DNA of 43,396 nucleotides from Candidatus Enterousia avistercoris (GCA_017694255.1 JADINC010000049.1:1-43396), one strand, 5' to 3'; positions 27,340 to 36,391 are shown, numbered from the stretch's first letter. The notes: generated from the letters alone by a model not told the origin. A program made the numbers and translations.

Positions 27340-27663
27340 TTACAAAATATATCGCCATGCATCTTCGGCATTCATATGCGTCAATATGATTGCTTGCCAG
27401 TCATCTGTATAGTGATTATTCAAATCAGGAATTTCGACATAGTTTCCGCGTTTGAAATTAACGGGGATTATCTTTGACTTGTTTATATCGATGTTTTTGT
27501 CGCGTTCCCATTTGCCTTCATTCAGCACCCTTTTTGCTGCATACTCTGTTCCAAAGTGCGTAAGAGGAAAGAAATAATCAAAATCATAATAAGTTCCATG
27601 GAATGCGGTTATCACATTTCCATTGTTATCTGTTAAAAGTTGTGTTCCTTGTGTCATGCGCAA
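27340..27663 (-). CDS. hypothetical protein
   Basis: 107-aa ORF. AFHGTYYDFDYFFPLTHFGTEYAAKRV segment. No family assigned. Confidence 0.45.
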   Translation of the reverse strand: MRMTQGTQLLTDNNGNVITAFHGTYYDFDYFFPLTHFGTEYAAKRVLNEGKWERDKNIDINKSKIIPVNFKRGNYVEIPDLNNHYTDDWQAIILTHMNAEDAWRYIL

Positions 27664-27877
27664 ATTATATAACGATTTTCACATTTTTTTACGCAAAATC
27701 ATGAACGTATTAAAAAACGACAAAAAACACCGCCCAAACGGACGGTTAATCAGATTTGGCAGGGCCATTTGTGCAATTTGCGAACTAATGAGATGCGTGA
27801 TTTATTGTGGTTCGGGAGAGATGTTAAGGCGTTTTTGAAGTCTTTATAAAAAACGTATAAATTTATTATAATGCAAC

Positions 27878-27905
27878 TTGACAAATACGATTGTTGTGCT
27901 ATATA
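27878..27905 (+). promoter_or_regulatory. sigma70-like promoter for the J-domain gene
   Basis: TTGACA (27878-27883), 16-nt spacer, TATATA (27900-27905). A leader hairpin gtgatacgg...ccgtatcat follows. Confidence 0.4.
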
Positions 27906-27960
27906 TCCGTGATACGGAGAGTAAGCCGTATCATGAGCAGCATAACCAAGAGGTGCTATC

Positions 27961-29505
27961 ATGACAAACGTAAAAACAAATCTTCCTGAAACATCATCAA
28001 TCAATAAAGCAGCAAACATCATTTCTGAAACACGCCGTCCAGACGGTTCTTTGGCCACGCAGATATTAAAAATCGGATTCGATAAATATTTAATTCAATA
28101 CGATTCCCAGGGTCAGGCTGTGTTCAAAGAAAAATTTGACGCATTGTACTTTAATGAAAAAGACATAACATATCATAATGGGTGCGTTGCATCAATTACA
28201 CGTCGTGATTTTAGGGGTAACAGGGCCATTTCTCAATACGATGAAAACGGCCACATTGTTGCGACTATAAATGCTAACAAAAACGATATTGTGAACTTTG
28301 CACCATCGGGACATGTTAGGTCGGTTATCAAACATTTGTCGGAATACAATGATTTTGGCAAAACAAATGAAATTGAAGAAATCACATTTAATGATGCAGG
28401 ACGCATAGTGTCTTCTGCACATAAGGTGAAAATGACGGACTGGTTTGGTCCAGGACGTGAAAAATGGCTGACAACAGACACCAAACAATACTATCCTAAT
28501 GGACAAATGGCCAGTCATATAACGTATAAGCAAAAGACAAAACGCACAGGCCAGTGGCATTCCGAAAACCAAGAAGACGAAGCGGCCTCATACATTGCTT
28601 CTATAACGCAATACAGCGAAAATGGCAAAATGCAAGTATCGGCCCAATTAGGTGAATATGACGAGATAAGTTTTAATGGCGATAAAGTTGCCTGTATCAC
28701 CAGACGTGTTAAGAAAGGCGATAGTCTGGAAACCATGTCTCAGACAACATATTATCCATCTGGAAATTTGTGCACAATAACAAATTACCAAGACGGCAAG
28801 GTTGTGTCTTCTGTAACCTATGATGAGCAGGGTAAACCACAAAGCAGTACCCAGCAAGGAACAGAAAATTATCAGGATATATATAAAGCCGCCCAGAAAA
28901 CGAAACAAAATACCCAGAATATAAAATCGTTTGCCAAGGCTATTATGACACCGCAACAGGCAGCAAGCATTTTAGGTGTGTCCTTGAACGCAACCGAGCA
29001 AGATGTAAAAGCGGCGTATCGTAAACTGTGCAAAATTTGGCACCCAGACAGAAACCAGGGTAATGAAGAAGCAGCAAAACGCAAGATGCAACAAATAAAC
29101 GAGGCGTACAGTGTTATGTCGCGATACATCAGGACCCGCGGTCAGCGTCCGGAACAGCCACAACAACCGCGCCCAGACCATGTCAATGATTTACAACGCG
29201 CATGGAATAAACTGCAACAGGCTATTCGTGATTTTGAATATGCTGTGGACAGATTAAAAGCCGCCACAGCAGAAAAAGAAAAAATCAAAAATGAATACGC
29301 CAGAACACCGGCAAATGATCCAAAGAAAAGAAAGTTGGAACAGCAATTAAGCAAAGCGCAAATGACTTGGTCAGCATGTGTTAATAACAAAATCCGGGCG
29401 CAGGCATATAAAGAAAAATGCGAACGTGAATACAACTTGTTACGTATGCAAAAATATACAAAAATGTACCAACAGAAATGTTGTGAATATCAGCGCGCTG
29501 CATAG
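27961..29505 (+). CDS. J-domain protein with N-terminal MORN/YwqK-like repeats and C-terminal coiled coil
   Basis: J-domain with HPD: ILGVSLNATEQDVKAAYRKLCKIWHPDRNQGNEEAAKRKMQQINEAYSVM. N-terminal degenerate repeats (YYPNGQMASHITYK, YYPSGNLCTITNYQDGKVVSSVTYDEQGK, YDENGHIVATI). Q/K/E-rich helical tail. Confidence 0.8.
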   Translation: MTNVKTNLPETSSINKAANIISETRRPDGSLATQILKIGFDKYLIQYDSQGQAVFKEKFDALYFNEKDITYHNGCVASITRRDFRGNRAISQYDENGHIVATINANKNDIVNFAPSGHVRSVIKHLSEYNDFGKTNEIEEITFNDAGRIVSSAHKVKMTDWFGPGREKWLTTDTKQYYPNGQMASHITYKQKTKRTGQWHSENQEDEAASYIASITQYSENGKMQVSAQLGEYDEISFNGDKVACITRRVKKGDSLETMSQTTYYPSGNLCTITNYQDGKVVSSVTYDEQGKPQSSTQQGTENYQDIYKAAQKTKQNTQNIKSFAKAIMTPQQAASILGVSLNATEQDVKAAYRKLCKIWHPDRNQGNEEAAKRKMQQINEAYSVMSRYIRTRGQRPEQPQQPRPDHVNDLQRAWNKLQQAIRDFEYAVDRLKAATAEKEKIKNEYARTPANDPKKRKLEQQLSKAQMTWSACVNNKIRAQAYKEKCEREYNLLRMQKYTKMYQQKCCEYQRAA

Positions 29506-29599
29506 TCTAGTGCGGTATAAAAAGTTCGTAAATGTGTAAAACGGTACCTGTTTTTGATACCTAACTTGCGAACTCGTCAAAACATTGGAAATCCAATCA

Positions 29600-29624
29600 A
29601 AAAAACACCCAAACGGGTGTTTTT
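29600..29624. terminator. bidirectional terminator (J-domain gene / tRNA-Glu)
   Basis: aaaaa-acaccc-aaac-gggtgt-tttt. Confidence 0.6.
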
Positions 29625-29630
29625 GAATTT

Positions 29631-29706
29631 TGGCAGCCCCAACCAGATTCGAACTGGTGTTCTCGCCTTGAAAGGGCGGTGTCCTGGGCCTCTAGACGAT
29701 GGGGCC
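29631..29706 (-). tRNA. tRNA-Glu (anticodon UUC)
   Basis: 76 nt on the minus strand: ggccccatcgtctagaggcccaggacaccgcccTTTCAaggcgagaacaccagttcgaatctggttggggctgcca. T-arm accag-ttcgaat-ctggt. Encoded CCA. Confidence 0.9.
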
Positions 29707-29807
29707 AAAACTGCCATTCAAATGATTTTATTCAAATCAAACGCTGGCAAATTATAACTGGCGCGGCGGCCTTTGTCAAGGCAAAATACCACCGTGCCAT
29801 ATTTTTG

Positions 29808-30296
29808 TTATTCTGCCGTTTTTGTTTCTGGTTCGGCGGCAACCGGAACTGCGACTGCATCGGCTGGCACTTCTTCGACAACAGCGGCTTCTTCAACAAC
29901 TTCTGCGGTCGGTTCGACCTGTTGGAAAACGATTTCTTTGCCGTCGGCATTTTTCAGCGTCAAACGACCATCTGTTAAATCATATGTTTCAACCGTTGTC
30001 ATGAACTGGAAATAGTCCTGTTCTGTCTGCATTGCATCCATTGGCCCCATCATCATTGTTGATGCGAATGGGCTGAATTTAATCTGGTTACCTTCGGCCG
30101 TATATGTTCCGTTATACAGGTTTACAACCTGGCCATTGACGCGCATTTCATTTGCGTCAAACGACAGTGTGATATCCGTGCCGTTACCCGTGGCGACAAA
30201 GTTTGCGCCCTTTAACATTTCTGGATTTGGTGTGTTATCACCACATGCGGCCAGCGCCAAAACACCCGCCAATACTGCAAAAGATTTGATGTTCAT
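29808..30296 (-). CDS. META-domain (HslJ-like) lipoprotein
   Basis: Lipobox MNIKSFAVLAGVLALAAC. NGTYTAEGNQIKFSPFASTMMMGPMDAMQTEQDYFQFM..VETYDL.DGRLTL pattern of META domains. Acidic A/V/E-rich tail. Confidence 0.7.
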   Translation of the reverse strand: MNIKSFAVLAGVLALAACGDNTPNPEMLKGANFVATGNGTDITLSFDANEMRVNGQVVNLYNGTYTAEGNQIKFSPFASTMMMGPMDAMQTEQDYFQFMTTVETYDLTDGRLTLKNADGKEIVFQQVEPTAEVVEEAAVVEEVPADAVAVPVAAEPETKTAE

Positions 30297-30382
30297 GTTT
30301 TCCCCTTTTGTTTTGTTCAGGCATAATTATATCAATTGAAAAATATATATCAATACGATTATTTTAATATTTGATACAAAAT

Positions 30383-30428
30383 AAAAAACGCACCATGTGG
30401 TGCGAAATTGCTGGCGGGATTGACGGGG
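30383..30428. repeat. direct repeat copy 1: duplicated tRNA-Asp 3' end plus terminator
   Basis: aaaaaacgcaccatgTggtgcgaaattgctggcgggattgacgggg. Identical to 30556-30601 except for one base in the hairpin loop. Confidence 0.85.
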
Positions 30429-30554
30429 TTGTAAATTCCCACCATGCCTTGGTGGCATGGCGGGCCCCTTTCGGCTCGGTAAGGCTTAACCGCGCCGGGG
30501 CGCGCTTTCGCCAACTCCGCACACGAACCCGCACGGGTTCTTCGCCCCGTCAAT
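30419..30554. other. GC-rich, hairpin-dense insert bounded by perfect 10-bp inverted repeats (attgacgggg / ccccgtcaat)
   Basis: Inverted repeats at 30419-30428 and 30545-30554. Internal hairpins: ccatgcc-ttggt-ggcatgg (30442-30460), cgcgc-cggg-gcgcg (30491-30504), gaaccc-gcac-gggttc (30525-30540). No ORF. Confidence 0.6.
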
Positions 30555-30555
30555 A

Positions 30556-30601
30556 AAAAAACGCACCATGCGGTGCGAAATTGCTGGCGGGATTGACGGG
30601 G
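30556..30601. repeat. direct repeat copy 2 (overlaps the functional tRNA-Asp 3' end and its terminator)
   Basis: aaaaaacgcaccatgCggtgcgaaattgctggcgggattgacgggg. Confidence 0.85.
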
Positions 30602-30662
30602 CTCGAACCCGCGACCTTCTGCGTGACAGGCAGACGCTCTAAACCAGCTGAGCTACAACCCC
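30585..30662 (-). tRNA. tRNA-Asp (anticodon GUC)
   Basis: 78 nt on the minus strand: ggggttgtagctcagctggtttagagcgtctgcctGTCacgcagaaggtcgcgggttcgagccccgtcaatcccgcca. Encoded CCA. The terminator gcaccgcatggtgc plus T-run follows. Confidence 0.9.
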
Positions 30663-30755
30663 TGTAAAGCACAGCATATATTATATTGTTGTTTGATAAA
30701 ATGCAAGAAGTTTTTTATGAAATTATGCAAAAAATTATACACGGTCGATAAAGAA

Positions 30756-30785
30756 TAAAAAAAACGGGGCGTTTGCCCCGTCTTT
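30756..30785 (-). terminator. rho-independent terminator of gap
   Basis: acggggc-gttt-gccccgt with a T-run on the minus strand (aaaaaaaa on plus). Confidence 0.65.
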
Positions 30786-31787
30786 TTATTTAATCAGTTT
30801 TCCCATCGCCACAGCGGTATCGCCCATGCGGTTTGAAAAACCCCATTCATTATCGTACCATGCCGTTACATGGACCAGACGATCGCCCAAGACTTTGGTT
30901 TGTGATGCGTCAAATATTGAACTGTGTGCGTCGCCTTTGAAATCGACGGAAACCATCGGCAGTTCATTGTATCCGAACGTTTCTGATTCTGCAGCGCGCA
31001 TTGCATTATTGATGGCTTCGACACTGGCGATTTTTTCCAGATTCACAACCAATTCAACCACAGAAACATCTGGGGTTGGAACGCGAATTGCCATTCCGTC
31101 CAATTTGCCCGCCAATTTCGGCAGAACCAGGCCGATTGCCTTGGCGGCACCCGTGCTGGTCGGAATCATAGACAGCCCCGCCGCGCGTGCACGACGAAAA
31201 TCTTTATGGTTTTTGTCCAGTAATTGCTGGTCCCCGGTATATGCATGAACAGTTGTCATCCACCCTGATGTGATACCAAATGTTTCGTCCAGAACTTTGG
31301 CCACTGGTGCCAGACAGTTTGTTGTGCATGATGCATTGGATACAATCAAGTCATCTGATGTCAATGTATCTTGGTTTACGCCATACACAATTGTTTTATC
31401 TGCACCCGCCGATGGGGCCGACACCAAAACGCGTTTCGCGCCACAGTCCAGATGAACGCGTGCCTTGTCTGCGGCGGTAAAGATGCCTGTGCATTCCATA
31501 ACGATATCTATGTCCATATCGCGCCATGGCAATTTAGTCGGATCTTTTTCCGCGATGCATTTGATTTTTTGGTTGCCAACAATGATATATTCACCGTCCA
31601 GCTTTACATCCATCGGCAATTTTCCGTGCACAGAATCATACTGTAATAAATACGCATTTTGTTCTGCAGGCGCCAAATCGTTCACCGCAACAAATTCTAT
31701 GTCATCACGGCCAGATACCAGTGCCGCGCGTAAAACCAGGCGGCCAATACGGCCGAAACCATTAATTGCTACTCTTACTTTTGACAT
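30786..31787 (-). CDS. gap: glyceraldehyde-3-phosphate dehydrogenase
   Basis: ATG at 31787 (MSKVRVAINGFGRIGR). Active site SNASCTTNCLAP. C-terminal WYDNEWGFSNR. Confidence 0.9.
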   Translation of the reverse strand: MSKVRVAINGFGRIGRLVLRAALVSGRDDIEFVAVNDLAPAEQNAYLLQYDSVHGKLPMDVKLDGEYIIVGNQKIKCIAEKDPTKLPWRDMDIDIVMECTGIFTAADKARVHLDCGAKRVLVSAPSAGADKTIVYGVNQDTLTSDDLIVSNASCTTNCLAPVAKVLDETFGITSGWMTTVHAYTGDQQLLDKNHKDFRRARAAGLSMIPTSTGAAKAIGLVLPKLAGKLDGMAIRVPTPDVSVVELVVNLEKIASVEAINNAMRAAESETFGYNELPMVSVDFKGDAHSSIFDASQTKVLGDRLVHVTAWYDNEWGFSNRMGDTAVAMGKLIK

Positions 31788-31914
31788 TTTTATTCCTTTC
31801 GTTTTTTTCTGTATTGGACGGGGGTATTTTATCATTATGGGAAAAATGTGCAATCTGAAAATTTAGTATTGTACTATGCTTGAATTTTGTCATGTTCGCA
31901 TTTATAATCACGAC

Positions 31915-32781
31915 ATGGAATTGCATACGTCATATATTATTACTGGGCCGACGGCATCGGGCAAATCAGATTTTGCCCATCGTTTGGCGTGTCGTGTTAA
32001 TGGCACGATTATAAATTGCGACAGTGTTCAAATATATCGTGGCATAGAAAACATTTCGGCCAGTCCATTTGCCGGGCGGCCCATCAGTGATGAAATAGAC
32101 GGTGTTCCGTATCGTTTGTTTTCGATTTTAGATTTATCTGACCAAATCAGTGTGGCAGAATATTTGAATATGGCGCGCCGTGAATATGACGCTGCACGTG
32201 GGGCGGGGCGCGTGCCAATATTTGTTGGTGGTACGGGGTACTATATAAATGCGCTGGTTAATGGCATATCGCCCATGCCAGATGTTTCCCCAGAAAATCG
32301 TGCACGTGCACGTGAAATGGTGGCCACAGATATAAAATCAGTGCGCGATTTATTACCCCCAGACTTTACCGCAACCGACCCCCAGCGTGTCGCACGTGCA
32401 CTGGAAGTGTTCTTGCAATCAGGCCGCCATTTAACCCAGTGGTGGCAGGTGCCACGCGTTGGTGCAATTACGCCACGCCCGTACCAGATTTTGATAAATC
32501 CACCATCTGATATTGTTCGTGCAAAAATTGCGGCCCGTATTCCAAAAATGCTAGATGGTGGCGCCATGGACGAAGCGCGCTATGTTATCGCCAACAATTG
32601 GGATGTGTGTCGTGCGATTGGGGCGGAACAGTTATGTGCATATTTATGTGGCGAAATATCAATGGACGAATGCATTCATAATTGGATTGTAAAAACGAAC
32701 CAGTATGCAAAAAGACAGCGAACATGGTTTCGTACTCAGTTCGCTGCCGATATAGAAATTAAAAATCCGAATGATTTTTAA
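31915..32781 (+). CDS. miaA: tRNA dimethylallyltransferase
   Basis: ATG at 31915 (MELHTSYIITGPTASGKS P-loop). INCDSVQIYRG, GGTGYY, and RQRTWFR motifs. Confidence 0.85.
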   Translation: MELHTSYIITGPTASGKSDFAHRLACRVNGTIINCDSVQIYRGIENISASPFAGRPISDEIDGVPYRLFSILDLSDQISVAEYLNMARREYDAARGAGRVPIFVGGTGYYINALVNGISPMPDVSPENRARAREMVATDIKSVRDLLPPDFTATDPQRVARALEVFLQSGRHLTQWWQVPRVGAITPRPYQILINPPSDIVRAKIAARIPKMLDGGAMDEARYVIANNWDVCRAIGAEQLCAYLCGEISMDECIHNWIVKTNQYAKRQRTWFRTQFAADIEIKNPNDF

Positions 32782-33296
32782 TGACTTTTTGAAATCTTTT
32801 TTTCGATAATTTCTATAAGTTCTTGTTTTGTAATACGGTGCGTTGTGTGGCGTTTACGCTGATTATCAGGCTTGTATGCGTTTTGTTTTCGCTTTGCACG
32901 CTTTTCCATTTGTTTATTCAACAGGCTTTGAATATATGCAGATTGATTATACAACGTATCTTGCAGTATACCGATTGCTTGTTCCTGGGTTTGAACCATT
33001 GGATTTCTGGCGGTATACCCAGATAAATATTTTGCCATTAACTTTGTTAATGCCTGCAACAAACATGGATCCGTAGAACTGCCATTGTTATTTCCCAGAA
33101 AGTGGATGTACATTTTTGTTTTAAATATTATAAAGTTTTCAATTTTTTTATTGTACGGTATTTTCTGTTGCCATGAATTTATGTATTCACCAGTTGTGGC
33201 ATATGACGGGCCGTATTCTTCCACTATTATACTGGTAATATGTGTTTTGTATTCTTCAAACAGACGTTGTGTGGCAACAGGCCGATATTTTGACAT
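32778..33296 (-). CDS. hypothetical protein
   Basis: 172-aa ORF, convergent with miaA and overlapping its end by 4 nt. Basic C-terminus. No motif recognised. Confidence 0.45.
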   Translation of the reverse strand: MSKYRPVATQRLFEEYKTHITSIIVEEYGPSYATTGEYINSWQQKIPYNKKIENFIIFKTKMYIHFLGNNNGSSTDPCLLQALTKLMAKYLSGYTARNPMVQTQEQAIGILQDTLYNQSAYIQSLLNKQMEKRAKRKQNAYKPDNQRKRHTTHRITKQELIEIIEKKISKSH

Positions 33297-33383
33297 GATA
33301 TTCCTTTTTTGATTAATTTAATTGAAATTATACGTAAATATATATTATACAAAAAATATTGTTTGTCAATAACGTTTTAGATT

Positions 33384-34112
33384 TTATTTTGAATTTTTCT
33401 TTAATTGGGCGTAATTGTCCATGATAATCTGTTTTATCCCAGATTTGCGCAATTTACTGGAAAAAAATACAGTATTATTAAATTCTGATTCCAGTGTTCC
33501 CCATCCGGCATATTCCCAATCAATTACACCGATAATTTTTTTTGTTTTTTTATCCACGATAACATTGTTGCATATATCGTTATGATTCCATCCGTCGCCC
33601 GCGCGATCCCCACGCAGATCATCTATTTCATGCGGGTGCGCGTTATGAATTGCGTATATAAATTCAGCCAACTGTTGCCCCCAGACCGGCGCGTTTTTTG
33701 TTATCGCGCGCAATGAATGAAAGTTTAAATTTTTCCCAGGTATAAAATCATATTTATAAAAAGTATATCCGCCCGTATGCACAATCTCTATTTTGGGTAT
33801 GCGCAGTGGCGATATGTTTGCAAATGCGTCCGTTATACGTTTTTCACGTGTAATTTTTTCAATTGACGTATGCGAGTCAAAACGTTTTTTAATTTTAAAC
33901 ACATATTTATTATCAACGATAAATCCGATATTCCATCCGCCTTTAATCATTTTGGCGCCCCAAAAGTTTAATTCTGGGTATTTTTTTCGCAATGCGTTAT
34001 ATTTCTTGCGCCAATCGAACAGTTTTTCACGACGAATACGGTGCCGAACATCTTTGATTGGGATGCAACTGCACAAAATATCGCAAATTTCAAAAAACAG
34101 TTTCCACAGCAT
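33384..34112 (-). CDS. phosphotransferase-family kinase (APH / choline-kinase-like fold)
   Basis: Catalytic-loop and DxD-like segment GWNHNDICNNVIVD....IIGVIDWEYAGWG, the pattern H.D....N......(I/V)DWE of the APH/ChoK family. N-terminal CSCIPIKDVRHRIRREK motif. Confidence 0.6.
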   Translation of the reverse strand: MLWKLFFEICDILCSCIPIKDVRHRIRREKLFDWRKKYNALRKKYPELNFWGAKMIKGGWNIGFIVDNKYVFKIKKRFDSHTSIEKITREKRITDAFANISPLRIPKIEIVHTGGYTFYKYDFIPGKNLNFHSLRAITKNAPVWGQQLAEFIYAIHNAHPHEIDDLRGDRAGDGWNHNDICNNVIVDKKTKKIIGVIDWEYAGWGTLESEFNNTVFFSSKLRKSGIKQIIMDNYAQLKKNSK

Positions 34113-34183
34113 TTATATATTTCCTGTAAAATATTATGATAAATGGTATTGAAAAAAACAAAAAAAGCAAGTACCTTGTAATC

Positions 34184-36391
34184 ATGTTTAATTCTGGGGA
34201 TATTGTAAAAGTTTTAATACCGAATGTGGTAAATACCGGGTACGATTATCGTCTGACTGCGCCGGCAGATTTAGGCACGTTCGTCCGTGTAAATGTTATG
34301 AATCGTCCATATATTGGCATTGTGTACGGTATCGGGGACAGTGGTCTGGGGGCGGATAAAATTCGCGATGTTGTATCTGTTTTTCCGTGGCGTTTATCCG
34401 TACCAGATTTACAGTGGATACAAAAAATGTCCGAATGGACATTAATGACCCCAGGCGCGGTACTGCGTTTAATTATAAATGTCCCAGATGCCTTTTTGCC
34501 ACCACGTACAGAACAATTATATGAATATAATTTCGACGCTAAAACACGTATGACCGATGCCCGCCAGGCGATTGCTGATGCGTTTGCATCAAATGATAAC
34601 GAAGCGATGTCCGCATCTGACATACAAAATATTACGCATGTTGGCGCGTCTGTTATCAGAACGATGGTTTCGCGTGGTATTTTAATTCCGCGTGATGTGC
34701 GTGTACGTGATGATAATTCGTTCCGTTATATATATCATGATATGGGCAATGTTCAGTTAAACCGTGAACAATCTGTCGCGGCTGCGGAAATCTGTTCGGC
34801 CATTGCGCATGGTGGGTATTCGGCGTTTTTACTAGATGGCATCACCGGCAGTGGCAAAACCCAGGTATATTTTGATGCCGCCTGGCACGCATACAGTGCT
34901 GGAAAATCTGTATTATTAATGATGCCAGAAATTGCACTAACGGCCCAGTTTATATCGCGATATGCGGCGCGGTTTGGTGCACCACCTGTTGTCTGGCACA
35001 GTAATTTAACCGCATCGCGTCGTCGTGCGATATGGCGCGGGGTTTTGGACGGAACAATTCGAATGGTTGTTGGCACGCGCAGTGCGCTGTTTTTACCATG
35101 GCAAAATTTAGGTCTGATTGTTGTAGACGAAGAACACGATACATCGTACAAGCAAGAAGATATGGGAAATTATCACGCGCGCGATATGGCGGTTTTGCGT
35201 GCAAAGATTGCTGGGTTTCCGATTGTGTTGGCGTCTGCGACCCCATCGGCAGAAACGTTGCAGAATGTTGCGGATGGGAAATACCAATTGTTAAAATTAA
35301 CGTCGCGTTTTGGTGGGGCGTCTATGCCGACCATAGCGACGATTGATATGCGCGCCGGGCGGCCTGAACCATATTCTTTGCCATCTGATGACAAAGATGC
35401 GCCGCCACGCGTGGGGTATTTATCCCCGGCATTATGCGATGAAATTCATCAAACATTGACCGCCGGTCGCCAGGTTATGTTATTTATAAACCGTCGTGGT
35501 TTTGCCCCGATTGTACAATGTAAAAAATGTGGCTGGGTTGCCCAGTGTCCTGATTGCAGTGTTGGCATGACGTATCATAAACATATGGGAAAATTGCTGT
35601 GTCATATGTGTGGCCGCGTGGCCCCGATGCCAGACAAGTGCCCTGAATGTGGTGATACGGTTTCGTGTCGTGGGGCGGGGCTGGAAAAAATCCAAGAAGA
35701 AGTTTCTGTAAAATTTCCATCGGCACGTACCGCATTAGTTTCCAGTGATACAATCATGTCGCGCCAGGCATTGGAACGCATTGTAAAAAAAATGGAATCT
35801 GGGGAAATAGATATTGTTATCGGAACACAAATCCTGGCCAAGGGACACCATTTCCCAAATTTAACCTTGGTTGGTGTGGTTGATGCAGACATGGGGCTGT
35901 TTGGTACAGATTTTCGCGCGGCCGAACACACGTTTCAGCAATTGTTCCAGGTGGCCGGCCGTGCCGGTCGTGGCGAATTCCCGGGGCGCGTTTTATTACA
36001 AACATATCAGCCCACGCACCCAGTGCTGATGGCGATATGCGACGGCAGTCGTGATACATTTATGGCGTCTGATATGAACGCGCGGCGCGTGGCGCAAATG
36101 CCCCCGTATGGGCAATTAATCGCCGTTATCGTTGAATCCCAGAAAGAATCTGTGTTAAAAAAATTTTGTGCCGATTTGTCCGCGTTGGCGCCGACGGCAC
36201 CTGGGGTGAAAATTATGGGCCCCATCGCCGCCCAGGTATACCAGGCCCGCAATTGGTATCGTATGCGCTTTTTGGTTGCGGGTGGGGCGCGCACAATGTT
36301 GCAGCCATTGGTTCGGCGCTGGATGGAACGTGCGCGCATCCCATCCGGGGTTCGGGTCAAGATTGATGTTTCACCCCAGAATTTCATGTAA
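34184..36391 (+). CDS. priA: primosomal replication protein N' (PriA helicase)
   Basis: ATG at 34184. Walker A LLDGITGSGKTQVY. DEEH box VVDEEHDTSYKQ. Cys-rich Zn region CKKCGW..QCPDC....H.....LLCHMCG......CPECG. Motif VI QVAGRAGRG. Confidence 0.85.
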   Translation: MFNSGDIVKVLIPNVVNTGYDYRLTAPADLGTFVRVNVMNRPYIGIVYGIGDSGLGADKIRDVVSVFPWRLSVPDLQWIQKMSEWTLMTPGAVLRLIINVPDAFLPPRTEQLYEYNFDAKTRMTDARQAIADAFASNDNEAMSASDIQNITHVGASVIRTMVSRGILIPRDVRVRDDNSFRYIYHDMGNVQLNREQSVAAAEICSAIAHGGYSAFLLDGITGSGKTQVYFDAAWHAYSAGKSVLLMMPEIALTAQFISRYAARFGAPPVVWHSNLTASRRRAIWRGVLDGTIRMVVGTRSALFLPWQNLGLIVVDEEHDTSYKQEDMGNYHARDMAVLRAKIAGFPIVLASATPSAETLQNVADGKYQLLKLTSRFGGASMPTIATIDMRAGRPEPYSLPSDDKDAPPRVGYLSPALCDEIHQTLTAGRQVMLFINRRGFAPIVQCKKCGWVAQCPDCSVGMTYHKHMGKLLCHMCGRVAPMPDKCPECGDTVSCRGAGLEKIQEEVSVKFPSARTALVSSDTIMSRQALERIVKKMESGEIDIVIGTQILAKGHHFPNLTLVGVVDADMGLFGTDFRAAEHTFQQLFQVAGRAGRGEFPGRVLLQTYQPTHPVLMAICDGSRDTFMASDMNARRVAQMPPYGQLIAVIVESQKESVLKKFCADLSALAPTAPGVKIMGPIAAQVYQARNWYRMRFLVAGGARTMLQPLVRRWMERARIPSGVRVKIDVSPQNFM

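Noticed and set aside
30429-30554. The GC-rich insert next to tRNA-Asp as the acceptor piece of a two-piece alphaproteobacterial tmRNA, or as SRP/4.5S RNA.
   Set aside because: There is no T-arm (GGTTCGAnTCC-type loop) other than what is copied from tRNA-Asp. There is no plausible tag reading frame ending in ..AA-stop nearby, and no GGAAGCAGCC-type SRP domain IV motif on either strand.
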